Counted from the stretch's first letter, positions 1 to 10,610 are shown. The stretch is 64,000 bases of DNA from Nitrospirota bacterium (GCA_963663225.1 OY760142.1:2496001-2560000); one strand, 5' to 3'. Numbers and translations are program-made. Notes: generated by a model from the letters alone, not told the origin.

Positions 1-132
1 GACGACATACAGGAAAACCCAGAAGCCGAGCCCCAAGAGGACAAGTACGGTTGTCTTCAAACCGTCACCCGGAGCAAGGCGGGTCAGGCGATTTCGGATG
101 GCATTATATCGTGGGGTGAGGAGAAGGAGCAT
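1..132 (-). CDS. N-terminus of putative ABC transporter permease (runs off window)
   Basis: Manual translation from ATG at 132 gives MLLLLTPRYNAIRNRLTRLAPGDGLKTTVLVLLGLGFWVFLYVV, open to the window edge, hydrophobic, downstream of an ABC ATPase. Confidence 0.65.
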   Translation of the reverse strand, partial: MLLLLTPRYNAIRNRLTRLAPGDGLKTTVLVLLGLGFWVFLYVV

Positions 133-247
133 AGTTGTTTCGTGATACCGTAATCCGGTTTGCAATCATCGGTACAGCGGTTTATTTACAGTATTCTTTA
201 CAAAAAATATTGCGGTGTTATGCTGACTCTTTGAGAAATCTCGTTGT

Positions 248-976
248 TTATAATCTTTCATCTTCCCCTGTTAATCTCAGGAAAATGGGCTCCAGGTGGC
301 TGTTTTCCATCCGGGCCATGCGTCCTAGTTCTTCAACGCTTCCTTCGGCGATGAGCGATCCTTGATTTATAATCGCTACGCGCGTACACATCTGCTCCAC
401 AATTTCAAGCGTATGGGTGGACATGAATACGGCCACGCCTTTTGACGCAAGGTCTTTGAAAATATCTTTTACGAGCCGCGCGCCTCGCGGGTCAAGCCCC
501 ACCATCGGCTCGTCGACGACCAGCACTTTAGGGTCGTGGATAAGGGCCGATGCCATGACAAGTCGTTGCTTCATTCCATGAGAAAAATTTTCGACCAACT
601 CGTCACGCCAGTCGGATAAATTGAACAAATCAAGCAACGTATTGATTCGGTTGTTGGGATCATGCATGCCGTACAATTCGGCAATAAACCGCATGAACTC
701 TGCTGCGGTGAGTTTTTCGTACAAAAACGGCCTGTCAGGGATGAATCCGGTGAGTGCTTTTGCCTGGAGCGGTTCTTTCTGGACGTCATGGCCGCAGATA
801 AGAACACTGCCGTCCGTTGGCTGGAGCAGACCTGCCATCATTTTGATTGTCGTGGTTTTGCCCGCGCCGTTCGGCCCGAGAAAACCAAAAATTTCTCCTG
901 AGGCCACTTCGAGATTGACATTCTTAACCGCGGCCAGTTTCCCGTAATTTTTCGTAAGATTGCTTAGTTTGATCAT
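248..976 (-). CDS. ABC transporter ATP-binding protein (ABC-2/exporter type)
   Basis: Walker A GPNGAGKT, signature FSHGM, Walker B LVVDEP, H-loop STH. Confidence 0.95.
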   Translation of the reverse strand: MIKLSNLTKNYGKLAAVKNVNLEVASGEIFGFLGPNGAGKTTTIKMMAGLLQPTDGSVLICGHDVQKEPLQAKALTGFIPDRPFLYEKLTAAEFMRFIAELYGMHDPNNRINTLLDLFNLSDWRDELVENFSHGMKQRLVMASALIHDPKVLVVDEPMVGLDPRGARLVKDIFKDLASKGVAVFMSTHTLEIVEQMCTRVAIINQGSLIAEGSVEELGRMARMENSHLEPIFLRLTGEDERL

Positions 977-981
977 GGTTT

Positions 982-2436
982 CTATTGGTATTCGAGCACG
1001 GACACGGTCAGTTTCCCCACCAGCTTTACAATATCAGACTGTTTGTCGAGATTGCCGCTTACAAACCGGATATGCGTGGCGTCTGCAGGAAACTGATGAA
1101 AGGTGGGGTCAACTGCCATCCATTCTCCGACCCAGACTTCCGGCCATGCATGATAGTAAAATCCATCTTCCAGGTACACGATGCCTGCCGTCATGCGGGC
1201 AGGAATGCCTGCTGCCCGGGCCAGCGCGGTATACAGCGCCGTGTGTTCATTGCAGTCGCCCTCGCGCTGGTTAAGGACTTCCAGCGCGCTGGGGATGCTC
1301 ACAACCGGTTTTTTGGCAAGTGCGTTGTAGACCCAGTCATTCAGCTTTTTTGCGGCTTTATATGCATTAGACTCGCCGGAGAGGATCTTTTTGCTCTGAT
1401 CGATGATCTTCCGGTCGTCGCTTTGAATAAGCGGGCTCGCCTGCAGATATTCACGCAGATCAGGGTTTGCATACGGCAGTTGATAGCCGGGAACTGGGTC
1501 CGATGTGTGTATTTCAATGGTATCGCCTTTGAGCGTCTGACGGTCGCCGTTCAGTTGAAATCCCTTGAGAGAAACACCGGCTAATTTTGCCTTCAGATAT
1601 TTCGTTTGGGCAGAATTTTTGATCGTTTCGGAAGAAGGTATCCTTGTCAGAGCGATAATATCTACGGCCGGCCCTTTTTTGTCGAGTTTTTTAGCTTCCT
1701 GTGGATTCTCTTTCAACAGCACATACCCCAGCGGGCTTTCTTCCCTGATGGTTTCTCCGTCCTGGGTAACCCAGGACGTCGTTTCCATGCCCTGGAAGGT
1801 TTCGGCGAGTTTATAGATGGTCTGCTCTTTATCTCCCACCTTGATATGTTCGCTTGACACGACCGTAATGAAAGCATCTTCGGTGTTCATGGTGGCAGGA
1901 TTAAACAGGGGGAAACGGTATTTCTTACCGGGCTCCAGGCCGAGAAGAAGGAGTGCCGGCTTGATATTCGGAGAAAGGTAGGGAGGTTCCTTCAGAGTGA
2001 TTCGTTCCGTTCGTGTTGCTCCGCCGGTATCAATGTCCAGAACAATTTTTTTCCCTATCACCGCCCCTTTGATTTTTATGGATGAATTCCCCGATGCCAT
2101 GGAAAAGTCGAAATATTTGAGAAGGAAGTTTTTTGTGGTATAACTATTGATAACGGTTTTAACCTGCTGCACGGAACCGAGAACCAGAAGGGTAAGCTCC
2201 GATTCCTCATAGAGGTGATAGGTATCCGCCTCCGGCCTGATTTGGGTGTATGCAAATCCGATTTTTCTGTCCTGCTGATAGATGCCGAACCATTCTTCTC
2301 CTGCACGAACTCCTTCTTCCATGATAATGTCTAGGGCAATGACCGTGGTCGGTCGAAGATAGGTGCGTTCAATAAGAAGACCGAGCATTGCAAACCAGAC
2401 AGCGAGAACGATAATACTAAAAATTTTTTTCTTCAT
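982..2436 (-). CDS. Membrane-anchored transglutaminase-like domain protein
   Basis: N-terminal TM segment; C-terminal GDCNEH...HAWPEVW...VDPT Cys-His-Asp triad. Confidence 0.85.
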   Translation of the reverse strand: MKKKIFSIIVLAVWFAMLGLLIERTYLRPTTVIALDIIMEEGVRAGEEWFGIYQQDRKIGFAYTQIRPEADTYHLYEESELTLLVLGSVQQVKTVINSYTTKNFLLKYFDFSMASGNSSIKIKGAVIGKKIVLDIDTGGATRTERITLKEPPYLSPNIKPALLLLGLEPGKKYRFPLFNPATMNTEDAFITVVSSEHIKVGDKEQTIYKLAETFQGMETTSWVTQDGETIREESPLGYVLLKENPQEAKKLDKKGPAVDIIALTRIPSSETIKNSAQTKYLKAKLAGVSLKGFQLNGDRQTLKGDTIEIHTSDPVPGYQLPYANPDLREYLQASPLIQSDDRKIIDQSKKILSGESNAYKAAKKLNDWVYNALAKKPVVSIPSALEVLNQREGDCNEHTALYTALARAAGIPARMTAGIVYLEDGFYYHAWPEVWVGEWMAVDPTFHQFPADATHIRFVSGNLDKQSDIVKLVGKLTVSVLEYQ

Positions 2437-2698
2437 AATCAAAAACTCTTGTATCTTTCTGAATAATAAAAACCGTTTTTTATATGGCTGCTTGTTATGT
2501 TAACCGGTCTTATATCTGTTGTCAATTCTGTTTGTTCCCGGGGTTGACGGTATTTTCTGCAGAAACAGCGTCTGTTTTCGTTTGCTCTTTGTTTGTCCTC
2601 CTTCAGTGTGAAGATTCAAGAACGTGTTGAATATAATACATGATTTATGCTATAGTAATCAAATATGTGTTATTTTTGAAATGAAAGGAAGCCTTTTC

Positions 2699-4015
2699 AT
2701 GAGCAAAGACGCGCTCGACATCTTTCAGGCTGCGCTTGATGCGGTTGATCCATACGACGCCGTGCATAACCATATATCCCGCATTGAGTCCCTCTGTCGA
2801 AAGAAGGATTTTAGCAGACTGTTTGCCGTCAGCGTCGGCAAAGCCGCTTTCCCGATGATGCATGCCGCGACTGATGACCTTGGAGACCGGATCGAAAAAG
2901 GCATTGTCCTGACCAAATACGGACATGCTGAAAAGGGCGTGCTGCCCGTCTCCATAGCCTGTTTAGAAGCAGGACATCCCGTACCTGATGAAAATGGCCT
3001 GTCCGCCGCCCGCCGGATACTTGATTTGCTTGAAACGACAGATGAACGCACCCTGGTGCTCTGCCTGCTGTCCGGTGGGGCGTCCGCTTTGTTGGTTGCT
3101 CCATCCGAGAGCATTTCCCTCGCAGAGAAGCAGCAGGTAACACAGCAGCTTTTAAAAGCCGGTGCCGATATATTCGAACTTAATACCGTTCGCAAACACA
3201 TATCCCGCGTGAAAGGGGGACGGCTCGCTGAAAGAGCTTATCCTGCGCGGGTCATTTCACTGATTCTTTCGGATGTGATCGGCGACCCGCTTGACGTCAT
3301 TGCGTCCGGCCCCACCGCTCCCGATGCCTCAACCTATGAAGACGCTCTTGCCGTTGTCAAGAAATATGGACTGGAGGACCGCATTCCGAAGACCGTCATG
3401 CAGGTGCTTCACAATGGATTGAGCCGGATTATCCCGGAAACCCCGAAACAAGACCATCCTGCGTTCACCCGCGTGGAAAATGTCATTATCGGCAGCAATC
3501 GCAAGGCCACAGAGGCCGCCCGGAAACGGGCCCAGGCTCTCGGATATGAAGCTGTTATTCTCGGCTGCGAATTCCAGGGGGAGGCTGCAGATGTCGGGCG
3601 CTCTCTTGTCCGCAAGGCTCTTGAGGTTAGCCGCGAATTGTCAGGTCAGCCGGGGAAAAAAGTTTGTCTGATTGCAGGTGGTGAGACAACAGTCAAGGTG
3701 ACCGGGAACGGTCTTGGCGGTAGAAATACCGAGATGGCCCTCGTTGCAGCAAAGGAGCTTGTGGGGGTGAAGGGCATTACTTTTCTTTCCGCCGGCACTG
3801 ACGGGACGGACGGACCAACGGATGCGGCTGGTGCTGTTGTGAACGGAGAAACAATTACAAATGCCCGCGCGAAAGGGCTTGATCCTGATGCGTATCTCAG
3901 TAATAACGATTCCTATAATTTTTTTAAACCGATCGACGGCTTGGTTGTTACCGGTCCTACGGGTACAAACGTGATGGATGTCCACATTATTCTGATAGAG
4001 GCAATACAGGGATGA
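2699..4015 (+). CDS. Glycerate 2-kinase (MOFRL/TtuD family)
   Basis: GKAA, LLSGGASAL, SDVIGD, GGETTV, GTDGTDGPTDAAG, TGPTGTNVMD motifs. Confidence 0.92.
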   Translation: MSKDALDIFQAALDAVDPYDAVHNHISRIESLCRKKDFSRLFAVSVGKAAFPMMHAATDDLGDRIEKGIVLTKYGHAEKGVLPVSIACLEAGHPVPDENGLSAARRILDLLETTDERTLVLCLLSGGASALLVAPSESISLAEKQQVTQQLLKAGADIFELNTVRKHISRVKGGRLAERAYPARVISLILSDVIGDPLDVIASGPTAPDASTYEDALAVVKKYGLEDRIPKTVMQVLHNGLSRIIPETPKQDHPAFTRVENVIIGSNRKATEAARKRAQALGYEAVILGCEFQGEAADVGRSLVRKALEVSRELSGQPGKKVCLIAGGETTVKVTGNGLGGRNTEMALVAAKELVGVKGITFLSAGTDGTDGPTDAAGAVVNGETITNARAKGLDPDAYLSNNDSYNFFKPIDGLVVTGPTGTNVMDVHIILIEAIQG

Positions 4016-4100
4016 CTTCTGACTGCTAGCATGGCTGTCTATGCGGAAGCGTGCTGAAGTAGACTTGCCTGATTATCTGTTGAAAAAGGAGACAGTGCAT

Positions 4101-5210
4101 ATGAAAAAAGTATTTATCACTATCTGCATACTGGGAAGCTTTCTGGGGCTTACCTCCTGTGCAGATATCCACAAGGCGGTAAAAAGCGGCAGTCTGGCTG
4201 ATGTCGAGATGGCGCTTGCCAATGGTGAAGATGTTAATAAACAGGACAGTGAGGGCAATACGCCGCTTATAGCTGCAGCGAGGCATGGCGACTTCGGAAT
4301 TGTGCAAACATTGGTGAAAAAAGGCGCGACCATAAAGGCACGAAACAAGGAAGGCTATGATGCCTTGCTGGCCCTGGCTAATTATTCGATGCCGGGTAAA
4401 CCGGGAACATCAAAAAACGCCAAACCCGCAGAACCGGTGGGCATAACGATCGAAGGCCACTTGAAAACGGCGGAATTTTTGCTGAATGAAGGGGCTGATG
4501 TCAATGCAAAAAACGATGAAGGCAACACGGCGCTTATTCTTGCTGCGCAACTGAATAAAAAAGACATTGTGGAACTTCTCTTAAACAAAGGTGCAGACGT
4601 GCACGCCGCTAATCTGAAAGGATATACTGCCCTGATGCTTGCGGCTAGCAAGGGGCAGGGGGATGTCATCTGCCCCCTGGTAAGAAAAGGCGCCGACATC
4701 AATGCAAAGGACAATGAAGGCAATACTGCGCTGCAGTATGCAACCCAATACAACCACAACAATGTACTGCAAATTTTCAGGCTGGGTTGTTCCATTAAAG
4801 GCGGTCCTGAGGTGAAGGAGAGCACGGACAGTTCTTTGCAAACCAACGGCATAAAAATGGCGGATGTTCTGATGGTTGAAAAATCGATCGAATCTCTGCG
4901 CAACCCGGAGCCTTCCGTCCGATGGGAAGCGGCAAGGAGATTAGGCGAGTTAAAAGACGTTCGGGCCGTCATTCCTTTGATCGGTGCTTTGACGGATGAA
5001 CATCCGTATGTGAGGAGAAGATCGGCAGTCTCGCTTGGGAAACTACAGGATTTCAGAGCAGTGGAACCCCTGATGAAATCCTTACGGGATGAAGATGCTT
5101 TCGTTCAGAAGTATGCACTTGAATCTCTCACCAGTATAACAGGGCAAAAATTCGGCAATGACCCCCAAAAATGGCAGGAATGGTGGAACCAGAGAATTCG
5201 CCAGAATTGA
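4101..5210 (+). CDS. Lipoprotein with ankyrin repeats and C-terminal HEAT/PBS-lyase repeats
   Basis: Signal peptide with lipobox LTSC; repeated GNTPL/GNTAL/GYTAL...GADVNAK; HEAT-like VRWEAARRLGEL, VRRRSAVSLGKL; AGGAG RBS. Confidence 0.85.
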   Translation: MKKVFITICILGSFLGLTSCADIHKAVKSGSLADVEMALANGEDVNKQDSEGNTPLIAAARHGDFGIVQTLVKKGATIKARNKEGYDALLALANYSMPGKPGTSKNAKPAEPVGITIEGHLKTAEFLLNEGADVNAKNDEGNTALILAAQLNKKDIVELLLNKGADVHAANLKGYTALMLAASKGQGDVICPLVRKGADINAKDNEGNTALQYATQYNHNNVLQIFRLGCSIKGGPEVKESTDSSLQTNGIKMADVLMVEKSIESLRNPEPSVRWEAARRLGELKDVRAVIPLIGALTDEHPYVRRRSAVSLGKLQDFRAVEPLMKSLRDEDAFVQKYALESLTSITGQKFGNDPQKWQEWWNQRIRQN

Positions 5211-5246
5211 AAATGTGTTATTTGCGCTCCCTTTTGAAGGATTACC

Positions 5247-6023
5247 ATGATTCTAGTCACCAATGATGACGGCGTATATTCTCCCGGCATCCAGATTCTT
5301 GCCAAGCGGCTTCGTGAGCTTGATGAAGTGGTGATCGTTGCTCCGGACCGCGAACGGAGCGCCGCCGGCCATTCCATGACGCTCCATCGGCCTCTTCTGA
5401 TTGAGGAAATAAAGGATTCCGTATACAGCGTGAACGGCACTCCGACTGACTGTGTCAATATCGCGGTAAAGGGCATGCTGCAGAAGGAACCTCGACTTGT
5501 GGTCTCTGGCATCAACAAGGGGCCAAATCTGGGTGATGACGTTACATATTCCGGGACTGTGGCTGGAGCCATTGAGGCCACGCTGCTGGGGATTCCCGCA
5601 TTTTCCATTTCACTTGTTGCGCGCGAAGACTTTCACTTTTCAGACGCCGCAGAAATAGCGATGTATGCTGCGTCGAGGATATTGAATCAGGGGCTCGATA
5701 GCGGAACTTTGCTGAACATCAATGTCCCGAATTATCCGCTTGCGGATATCCAGGGCGTACGCATCACCCGTCTGGGGAAGCGCATTTATAAGCAAATGAC
5801 GGTAGAGCGTGTAGACCCCCGGGGGAAGAAATATTACTGGATTGGCGGCGGGGAGCCGGACTGGGAGCGGAAAGAAGGGACCGACTTCGACGCTATCGAC
5901 CACAAGATGGTCTCCATTACGCCACTTCACCTTGATCTTACGGATTATTCTTCCTTTGATAAACTGCGGTCGATGGAAACACTGTTTTCCCTGCCGGTTA
6001 ATCCCCGGAGGGATGCTGAGTGA
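5247..6023 (+). CDS. surE: 5'/3'-nucleotidase SurE
   Basis: [33 protein letters not shown]. Confidence 0.97.
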   Translation: MILVTNDDGVYSPGIQILAKRLRELDEVVIVAPDRERSAAGHSMTLHRPLLIEEIKDSVYSVNGTPTDCVNIAVKGMLQKEPRLVVSGINKGPNLGDDVTYSGTVAGAIEATLLGIPAFSISLVAREDFHFSDAAEIAMYAASRILNQGLDSGTLLNINVPNYPLADIQGVRITRLGKRIYKQMTVERVDPRGKKYYWIGGGEPDWERKEGTDFDAIDHKMVSITPLHLDLTDYSSFDKLRSMETLFSLPVNPRRDAE

Positions 6024-6664
6024 ACAATTTTGAAAAAGAACGCAATCGCATGGTGGAGGAGCAGATCATCGCGCGGGGGGTCAAGGATGAAAGAGTGCTC
6101 GCTGCCATGCGCAAGGTGCCGCGCCATCTCTTTATACCGGAAGCCATCCGAGGTATGGCGTATGCGGACAACGCACTGCCTCTCGGTGAGAACCAGACGA
6201 TATCACAACCCTATATCGTGGCGCTCATGACCGAACTGCTGGAACTGAAAGGTCCGGAGCGGGTACTGGAGATCGGGACAGGTTCCGGTTACCAGACGGC
6301 AATCCTTGCGGAGTTATGCAGTAAAGTTTACACGGTGGAACGGATTAAAACGCTTGCTGACAGAGCGCGGGCGACCCTCGACCATCTCGGTTATAAACTG
6401 GTCGCCAGCAAAGTATATGATGGCACCTACGGCTGGAAAGAAATGGGCCCCTTTGACGCTATCATGGTCACAGCCAGCGCGCCTGATGTCCCCACGCCAC
6501 TTGTAGAACAGCTCAAACAGGACGGAAGAATGGTTATTCCGGTCGGTGAGCGATATGGTCAGCAACTGGTAAAAATAATCAGAACACCGGACGGCATTGC
6601 CACGCAGAAGAGTATTCCCTGCATGTTCGTGCCGCTGATCGGCAACCATGCATGGAAAGAATAG
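6020..6664 (+). CDS. pcm: Protein-L-isoaspartate O-methyltransferase
   Basis: [23 protein letters not shown]; overlaps the surE stop in the canonical order. Confidence 0.97.
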   Translation: MNNFEKERNRMVEEQIIARGVKDERVLAAMRKVPRHLFIPEAIRGMAYADNALPLGENQTISQPYIVALMTELLELKGPERVLEIGTGSGYQTAILAELCSKVYTVERIKTLADRARATLDHLGYKLVASKVYDGTYGWKEMGPFDAIMVTASAPDVPTPLVEQLKQDGRMVIPVGERYGQQLVKIIRTPDGIATQKSIPCMFVPLIGNHAWKE

Positions 6665-6727
6665 ATCCCTGCGCATGGAATCAAACGAGACTCCGCGAAT
6701 GAACTCCAACCGCATGACTGTGCGCGT

Positions 6728-7327
6728 TTACTTCTCTGGATAAGTTTTCCCCTGTATTCCGTTCACAATTATCCGGTATACGTATGAAAGCCCCAATCCT
6801 ATACCGCTGCCTGCCAAAGCTCCCGCAAGAACATCGGTAGGATAATGAACCCCGAGATACAGACGCGAAAAAGCAATGAACGAGGCCAGCGCCACAGGAT
6901 ACAGACGCCAGCCACGGGAGATATATCCTTTGGTAAGATAAAAGAGCGGCAACGCCACTGCGAATGACGTGATTGCGTGGCCTGAAGGCATGGAAAATGA
7001 TTTCGGGCAGGCGGCAATCAGTCGTATTTCATCGATCGACCGGCATGGTCTTGTTCGGCAAACGGCGGATTTCACAACATCTTCCACCCACCCGGAAAGA
7101 TAGAGAGCACAGACTGCGATCAGGATCGTCCAGAGAGCTGGAGCGAGATAGGTACTTCCTGTTCTGTTTTTTCGCACGACGCCCCTTATAATCATTGCGA
7201 ACAAAAAGGGGATCACGAGGAGATATCCCTGCGCGGACAACGCAGGCATAAGCATGTCGAAGAACCAGTTCTCAGTCCCTTTGTTTATAAAAAGCAGCAG
7301 TTGGGTATCGAACGTCTGTATGTTCAT
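6728..7327 (-). CDS. PAP2 family membrane phosphatase
   Basis: KxxxxRTRP, SMPSGH, SRLYLGVHYPTDV motifs. Confidence 0.92.
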   Translation of the reverse strand: MNIQTFDTQLLLFINKGTENWFFDMLMPALSAQGYLLVIPFLFAMIIRGVVRKNRTGSTYLAPALWTILIAVCALYLSGWVEDVVKSAVCRTRPCRSIDEIRLIAACPKSFSMPSGHAITSFAVALPLFYLTKGYISRGWRLYPVALASFIAFSRLYLGVHYPTDVLAGALAGSGIGLGLSYVYRIIVNGIQGKTYPEK

Positions 7328-7384
7328 GCGGTAATGGCCATTTCCGGATAGCGGGCAGTAAGGTCAGCAGCAAAAGAGGAAATG

Positions 7385-7729
7385 CTATGAGCTGGTATTT
7401 TTTTCGCCGTATCTGATGACGGTAGTATCGCTTATTTCTACGAGACCTCTTTTCAGCATCTCCATAATCTGGGGCAGTACTTTGTTAATCATATCTTCCG
7501 AATCTATGACTTCTATCTTGAGCGGCAAGGTGGTGGAGAGTTCCAGTATTTTTGACGTGTGGACGACGCCATGACTGCCATAGCCCGCCACTCCCCGGAA
7601 AATGCTTACACCGGCAAATTTATTTTTGTAAAAAATATCCAGAAGAATGCTGTAAACAGGTTTGCCGTGAAGTCGTTCATTTTCATCGATATAAATCGAA
7701 AGCTTTTTTGCGGGTCCGCTGATAATCAT
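7385..7729 (-). CDS. DUF190 family (PII-like) protein
   Basis: GVSIFRGVAGYG, LSTTLPLKIEVID; typical crcB neighbour. Confidence 0.88.
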   Translation of the reverse strand: MIISGPAKKLSIYIDENERLHGKPVYSILLDIFYKNKFAGVSIFRGVAGYGSHGVVHTSKILELSTTLPLKIEVIDSEDMINKVLPQIMEMLKRGLVEISDTTVIRYGEKNTSS

Positions 7730-7738
7730 GTTTCCCCT

Positions 7739-8113
7739 TTAAATGCTTTTTGCGATAATCTCGCCGAGTTTCAATGCAACAAAACCGACGACAACGCTTA
7801 ACGTGATATTCAGCATTGCCATAAACCATTCCCCGTCCTTCAGAAGTGCTCCTGTTTCATATTCAAAGGTTGAAAACGTAGTATAAGCGCCGAGAAAGCC
7901 GACAACCAAAAGCAGCCGCCACTGGGGGTTGATCAAAAAACGGTCCGCAAAAAGGGCCATGAGCAGGCCGATAAGAAAACAGCCGCTTACATTAATGACG
8001 AACGTGCCGAGAGGAAAATTGCTGCCCCATCGCTGCCCAATCCACAGTGCAAGACCGTATCGTGCGATGGCGCCAAGAAATCCTCCTATGCCTATAATAA
8101 GAACATTTGTCAT
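7739..8113 (-). CDS. crcB: Fluoride efflux channel FluC/CrcB
   Basis: GGFLGAIARY, GTFVIN, GFLGAYTTFSTF. Confidence 0.96.
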   Translation of the reverse strand: MTNVLIIGIGGFLGAIARYGLALWIGQRWGSNFPLGTFVINVSGCFLIGLLMALFADRFLINPQWRLLLVVGFLGAYTTFSTFEYETGALLKDGEWFMAMLNITLSVVVGFVALKLGEIIAKSI

Positions 8114-8303
8114 ATGATGTCCAGCCCTGTAACCTGTTATATAACAGAAGCTTTTTAACAAGTCAACGATAATGAACGGAATATAGTGAATATTCTGTTT
8201 CTGTTTTTTGATAAAATTCTGTCAAACGGGAATAAAATATTGTATAATAATCATACATTGGCACGATGATTTCAGACCATAAAACAAGGAGAATGAAGAC
8301 ACC

Positions 8304-8528
8304 ATGAAGGAACAGGTAATTGAAGCTCTTAAAAAAGTCAGACCGGCACTCCAGCGAGACGGTGGCGATATCGAACTCGTAAGCGTCGAAGACAATGGCG
8401 TGGTCAAAGTAAGACTAAAAGGAGCCTGCGGCAGCTGCCCCATGTCAACGATGACCCTCAAAATGGGTGTAGAAAAAATGTTAAAGCAGGAAGTCCCGAG
8501 CGTCAAGGAAGTAGTGCAGGTGCCATGA
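8304..8528 (+). CDS. NifU/Nfu-type Fe-S carrier
   Basis: [24 protein letters not shown]. Confidence 0.93.
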   Translation: MKEQVIEALKKVRPALQRDGGDIELVSVEDNGVVKVRLKGACGSCPMSTMTLKMGVEKMLKQEVPSVKEVVQVP

Positions 8529-8602
8529 TTTTTTCATTGCCCGTTTATTCCGGCGTATTTGGATATGTTTCGGCCGGAGAAGCAAAGGGCATATTTATAA
8601 AG

Positions 8603-8654
8603 AAGGGATCCTTGCCTCTGAAAGTGCAAGTGCAGAGGCAGGATCCTTTTTTTT
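8603..8654 (+). terminator. Rho-independent terminator after nifU
   Basis: aagggatccttgcctctg...cagaggcaggatcctt followed by a T-run. Confidence 0.65.
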
Positions 8655-8911
8655 CCAAGAATCCTCTAAGGCTTGCTGTCTTTCGAATTTACCGTTCCGA
8701 TGCGAAGGGACGCGTTTCTATTTTCCTTCTTACGTAATGCCTTAGTGCTGATATAATACAGGTAATCAGGTATTCATATATCCAAGGCTTATTGAATAAT
8801 CAATATCCAACGTCGATTGCAATGTGGTTGTATGCTTGCTGGCTTTCCTGGTAGGCGGAGGATCATTCCCCGGCAATTTTTGTATGATACAGTAGCTGGG
8901 GACACTTGGGC

Positions 8912-9946
8912 ATGATTATCAGCGAACAGCGAAAAAATAAAAAAAGAAATCGGATGTTTTCCCCATCTGTACGCGGCACAGAGAACATGCAGAAAATCAC
9001 CTGGACGTTCAGCGGAGCGCTGCTCCCGGCAACGCTCATGTCGGTTTACTATTTTGGGATACCTGCTATCCAGCTGATTTCCATCTGCATTGCGACAGCT
9101 CTGCTTTGTGACGTGATAATGCAATGGGGCTTGAGGAAACCGGTTTCAGTTTTTGACGGAAAGGCTGTACTGATTGGCCTTTTGCTTGCCTTGTGCCTCC
9201 CCTCAACGGTACCGCTTTATATGCCGGTTGCCGGAGCTTGCATTGCCATTATTATCGCAAAGCATCTTCTTAGCATACAAGGCTGCCCCGTGTTCAATCC
9301 CGCGCTTTTCGGCAGGGCCGTCCTGCTCTTCATTTTTCCCGGGTTCATGAGCAGCTTTACCGCACCTGCAGCCACTTTGTTGATCGTGGACGCAAAAACG
9401 ACGGCAACGCCTCTGATGCTTCTGAAACAGGAAGGAATGGGGAGACTCCTTGAAGTCTACCACACCAAAGCAGCCTTATACATAGATCTGCTCCTCGGCA
9501 ACCGGCCGGGATCCATAGGAGAAACATCAGTTGTGGCACTCCTGTTGGGCGCCGCATTTCTTATGGCAAAACGGTATATTACCTGGCATATTCCTGTTTC
9601 TTTTATTGCTACGGTCGGTATTCTTATGTGGATATTCGGAGGAAAAGAAGGGCTTATGACAGGTGACCCGATCTTTCATATGATGTCCGGAGGACTGGTG
9701 CTCGGTGCATTTTTCATGGCCACTGATTATATGACAACTCCCACCTTGCGCAGAGACCAAATCTTATTTGGTGTCGCTTGTGGATCTCTTACTACACTGA
9801 TCCGTTTGAAAGGCGGATATCCTGAGGGGGTGCTGTTCGCGATTCTTGTTATGAATTGTTTTACCCCGCTTCTTGACCGCCGTATCAAAAAGCGCATTTT
9901 TACCGCAGCAGATCTTGCGGAATTCCAAAACCGCAAACGGAATTGA
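8912..9946 (+). CDS. rnfD: RnfD/NqrB-family electron transport membrane subunit (start uncertain, 8912 or 8954)
   Basis: FNPALFGRA, FMN-attachment motif TTATPL, GSIGETS, GAFFMATD, GGYPEG. Confidence 0.88.
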   Translation: MIISEQRKNKKRNRMFSPSVRGTENMQKITWTFSGALLPATLMSVYYFGIPAIQLISICIATALLCDVIMQWGLRKPVSVFDGKAVLIGLLLALCLPSTVPLYMPVAGACIAIIIAKHLLSIQGCPVFNPALFGRAVLLFIFPGFMSSFTAPAATLLIVDAKTTATPLMLLKQEGMGRLLEVYHTKAALYIDLLLGNRPGSIGETSVVALLLGAAFLMAKRYITWHIPVSFIATVGILMWIFGGKEGLMTGDPIFHMMSGGLVLGAFFMATDYMTTPTLRRDQILFGVACGSLTTLIRLKGGYPEGVLFAILVMNCFTPLLDRRIKKRIFTAADLAEFQNRKRN

Positions 9947-10053
9947 TAAAGAAACAAATCACCTGCTGTGCGGTAACGCGGAACAGAAACCGTGATTGTC
10001 ACTTATTGCTTGTAAAGAAACAAGAATCAGTCGATATGCGTTTCTTTTTTTTC

Positions 10054-10082
10054 TTGACAAAAACCATCGCTTAGGCTACAAA
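10054..10082 (+). promoter_or_regulatory. Putative sigma70 promoter of gcvH
   Basis: TTGACA-17 nt-TACAAA. Confidence 0.4.
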
Positions 10083-10125
10083 CAATTTCATTCTTGCCGT
10101 ATTATCATCCGTGGTGGAGGTTTTT

Positions 10126-10515
10126 ATGAATCCAGATGATGTCAAATATCACAGAGAACATTCCTGGGTGCGTGTCGAGGGAAATAAAGCGACAATCGGT
10201 ATCACAGATTATGCACAACAGCAGCTCGGCGATATCGTGTATGTGGAACTGCCTGAGATCGACACGGAGATCGATGCCGATTCGGAACTTTCAGAAGTCG
10301 AGTCTACAAAAGCAACTTCTCCGCTGGTCAGCCCCGTGTCAGGGACTGTCGTGGAGGTGAATGAGGACCTCGCCGATACGCCGGAGTTAATCAATGAAGA
10401 CCCCTACGGCAACGGCTGGCTTGCGGTCCTTGAATTGACAGACCCTGCGGAGCTCAGTGATTTGCTGAGCAAGGCCGAGTACGAAAAGTTTCTTCAGGAA
10501 GAAGAGGCCAAGTAA
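10126..10515 (+). CDS. gcvH: Glycine cleavage H protein (lipoyl carrier)
   Basis: IGITDYAQQQLGDIVYVELP, lipoyl site ESTKA, INEDPYGNGW. Confidence 0.95.
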   Translation: MNPDDVKYHREHSWVRVEGNKATIGITDYAQQQLGDIVYVELPEIDTEIDADSELSEVESTKATSPLVSPVSGTVVEVNEDLADTPELINEDPYGNGWLAVLELTDPAELSDLLSKAEYEKFLQEEEAK

Positions 10516-10560
10516 GCGACGGGACGAATGAGAAAACAGAAAACAATGGAATAACGCCGA

Positions 10561-10590
10561 AGAGGGAGATCTTTTATTCTCCCTCTTTTT
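10561..10590 (+). terminator. Terminator-like hairpin between gcvH and lpdA
   Basis: agagggaga...tctccctct followed by TTTT. Confidence 0.5.
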
Positions 10591-10610
10591 ATTTTCCGGA
10601 GGGAGGGACC

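Noticed and set aside
982-2436. Lasso peptide or RiPP cluster
   Set aside because: No lasso cyclase, RRE or precursor peptide is visible in the window.
8114-8230. Fluoride riboswitch upstream of crcB
   Set aside because: No GGCGATGG...CGCC core seen; only a promoter-like TTGACT-17-TATATA is present.
8655-8911. FMN riboswitch or rnfC remnant upstream of rnfD
   Set aside because: No RFN consensus and no ferredoxin-like Cys motifs were recognised.
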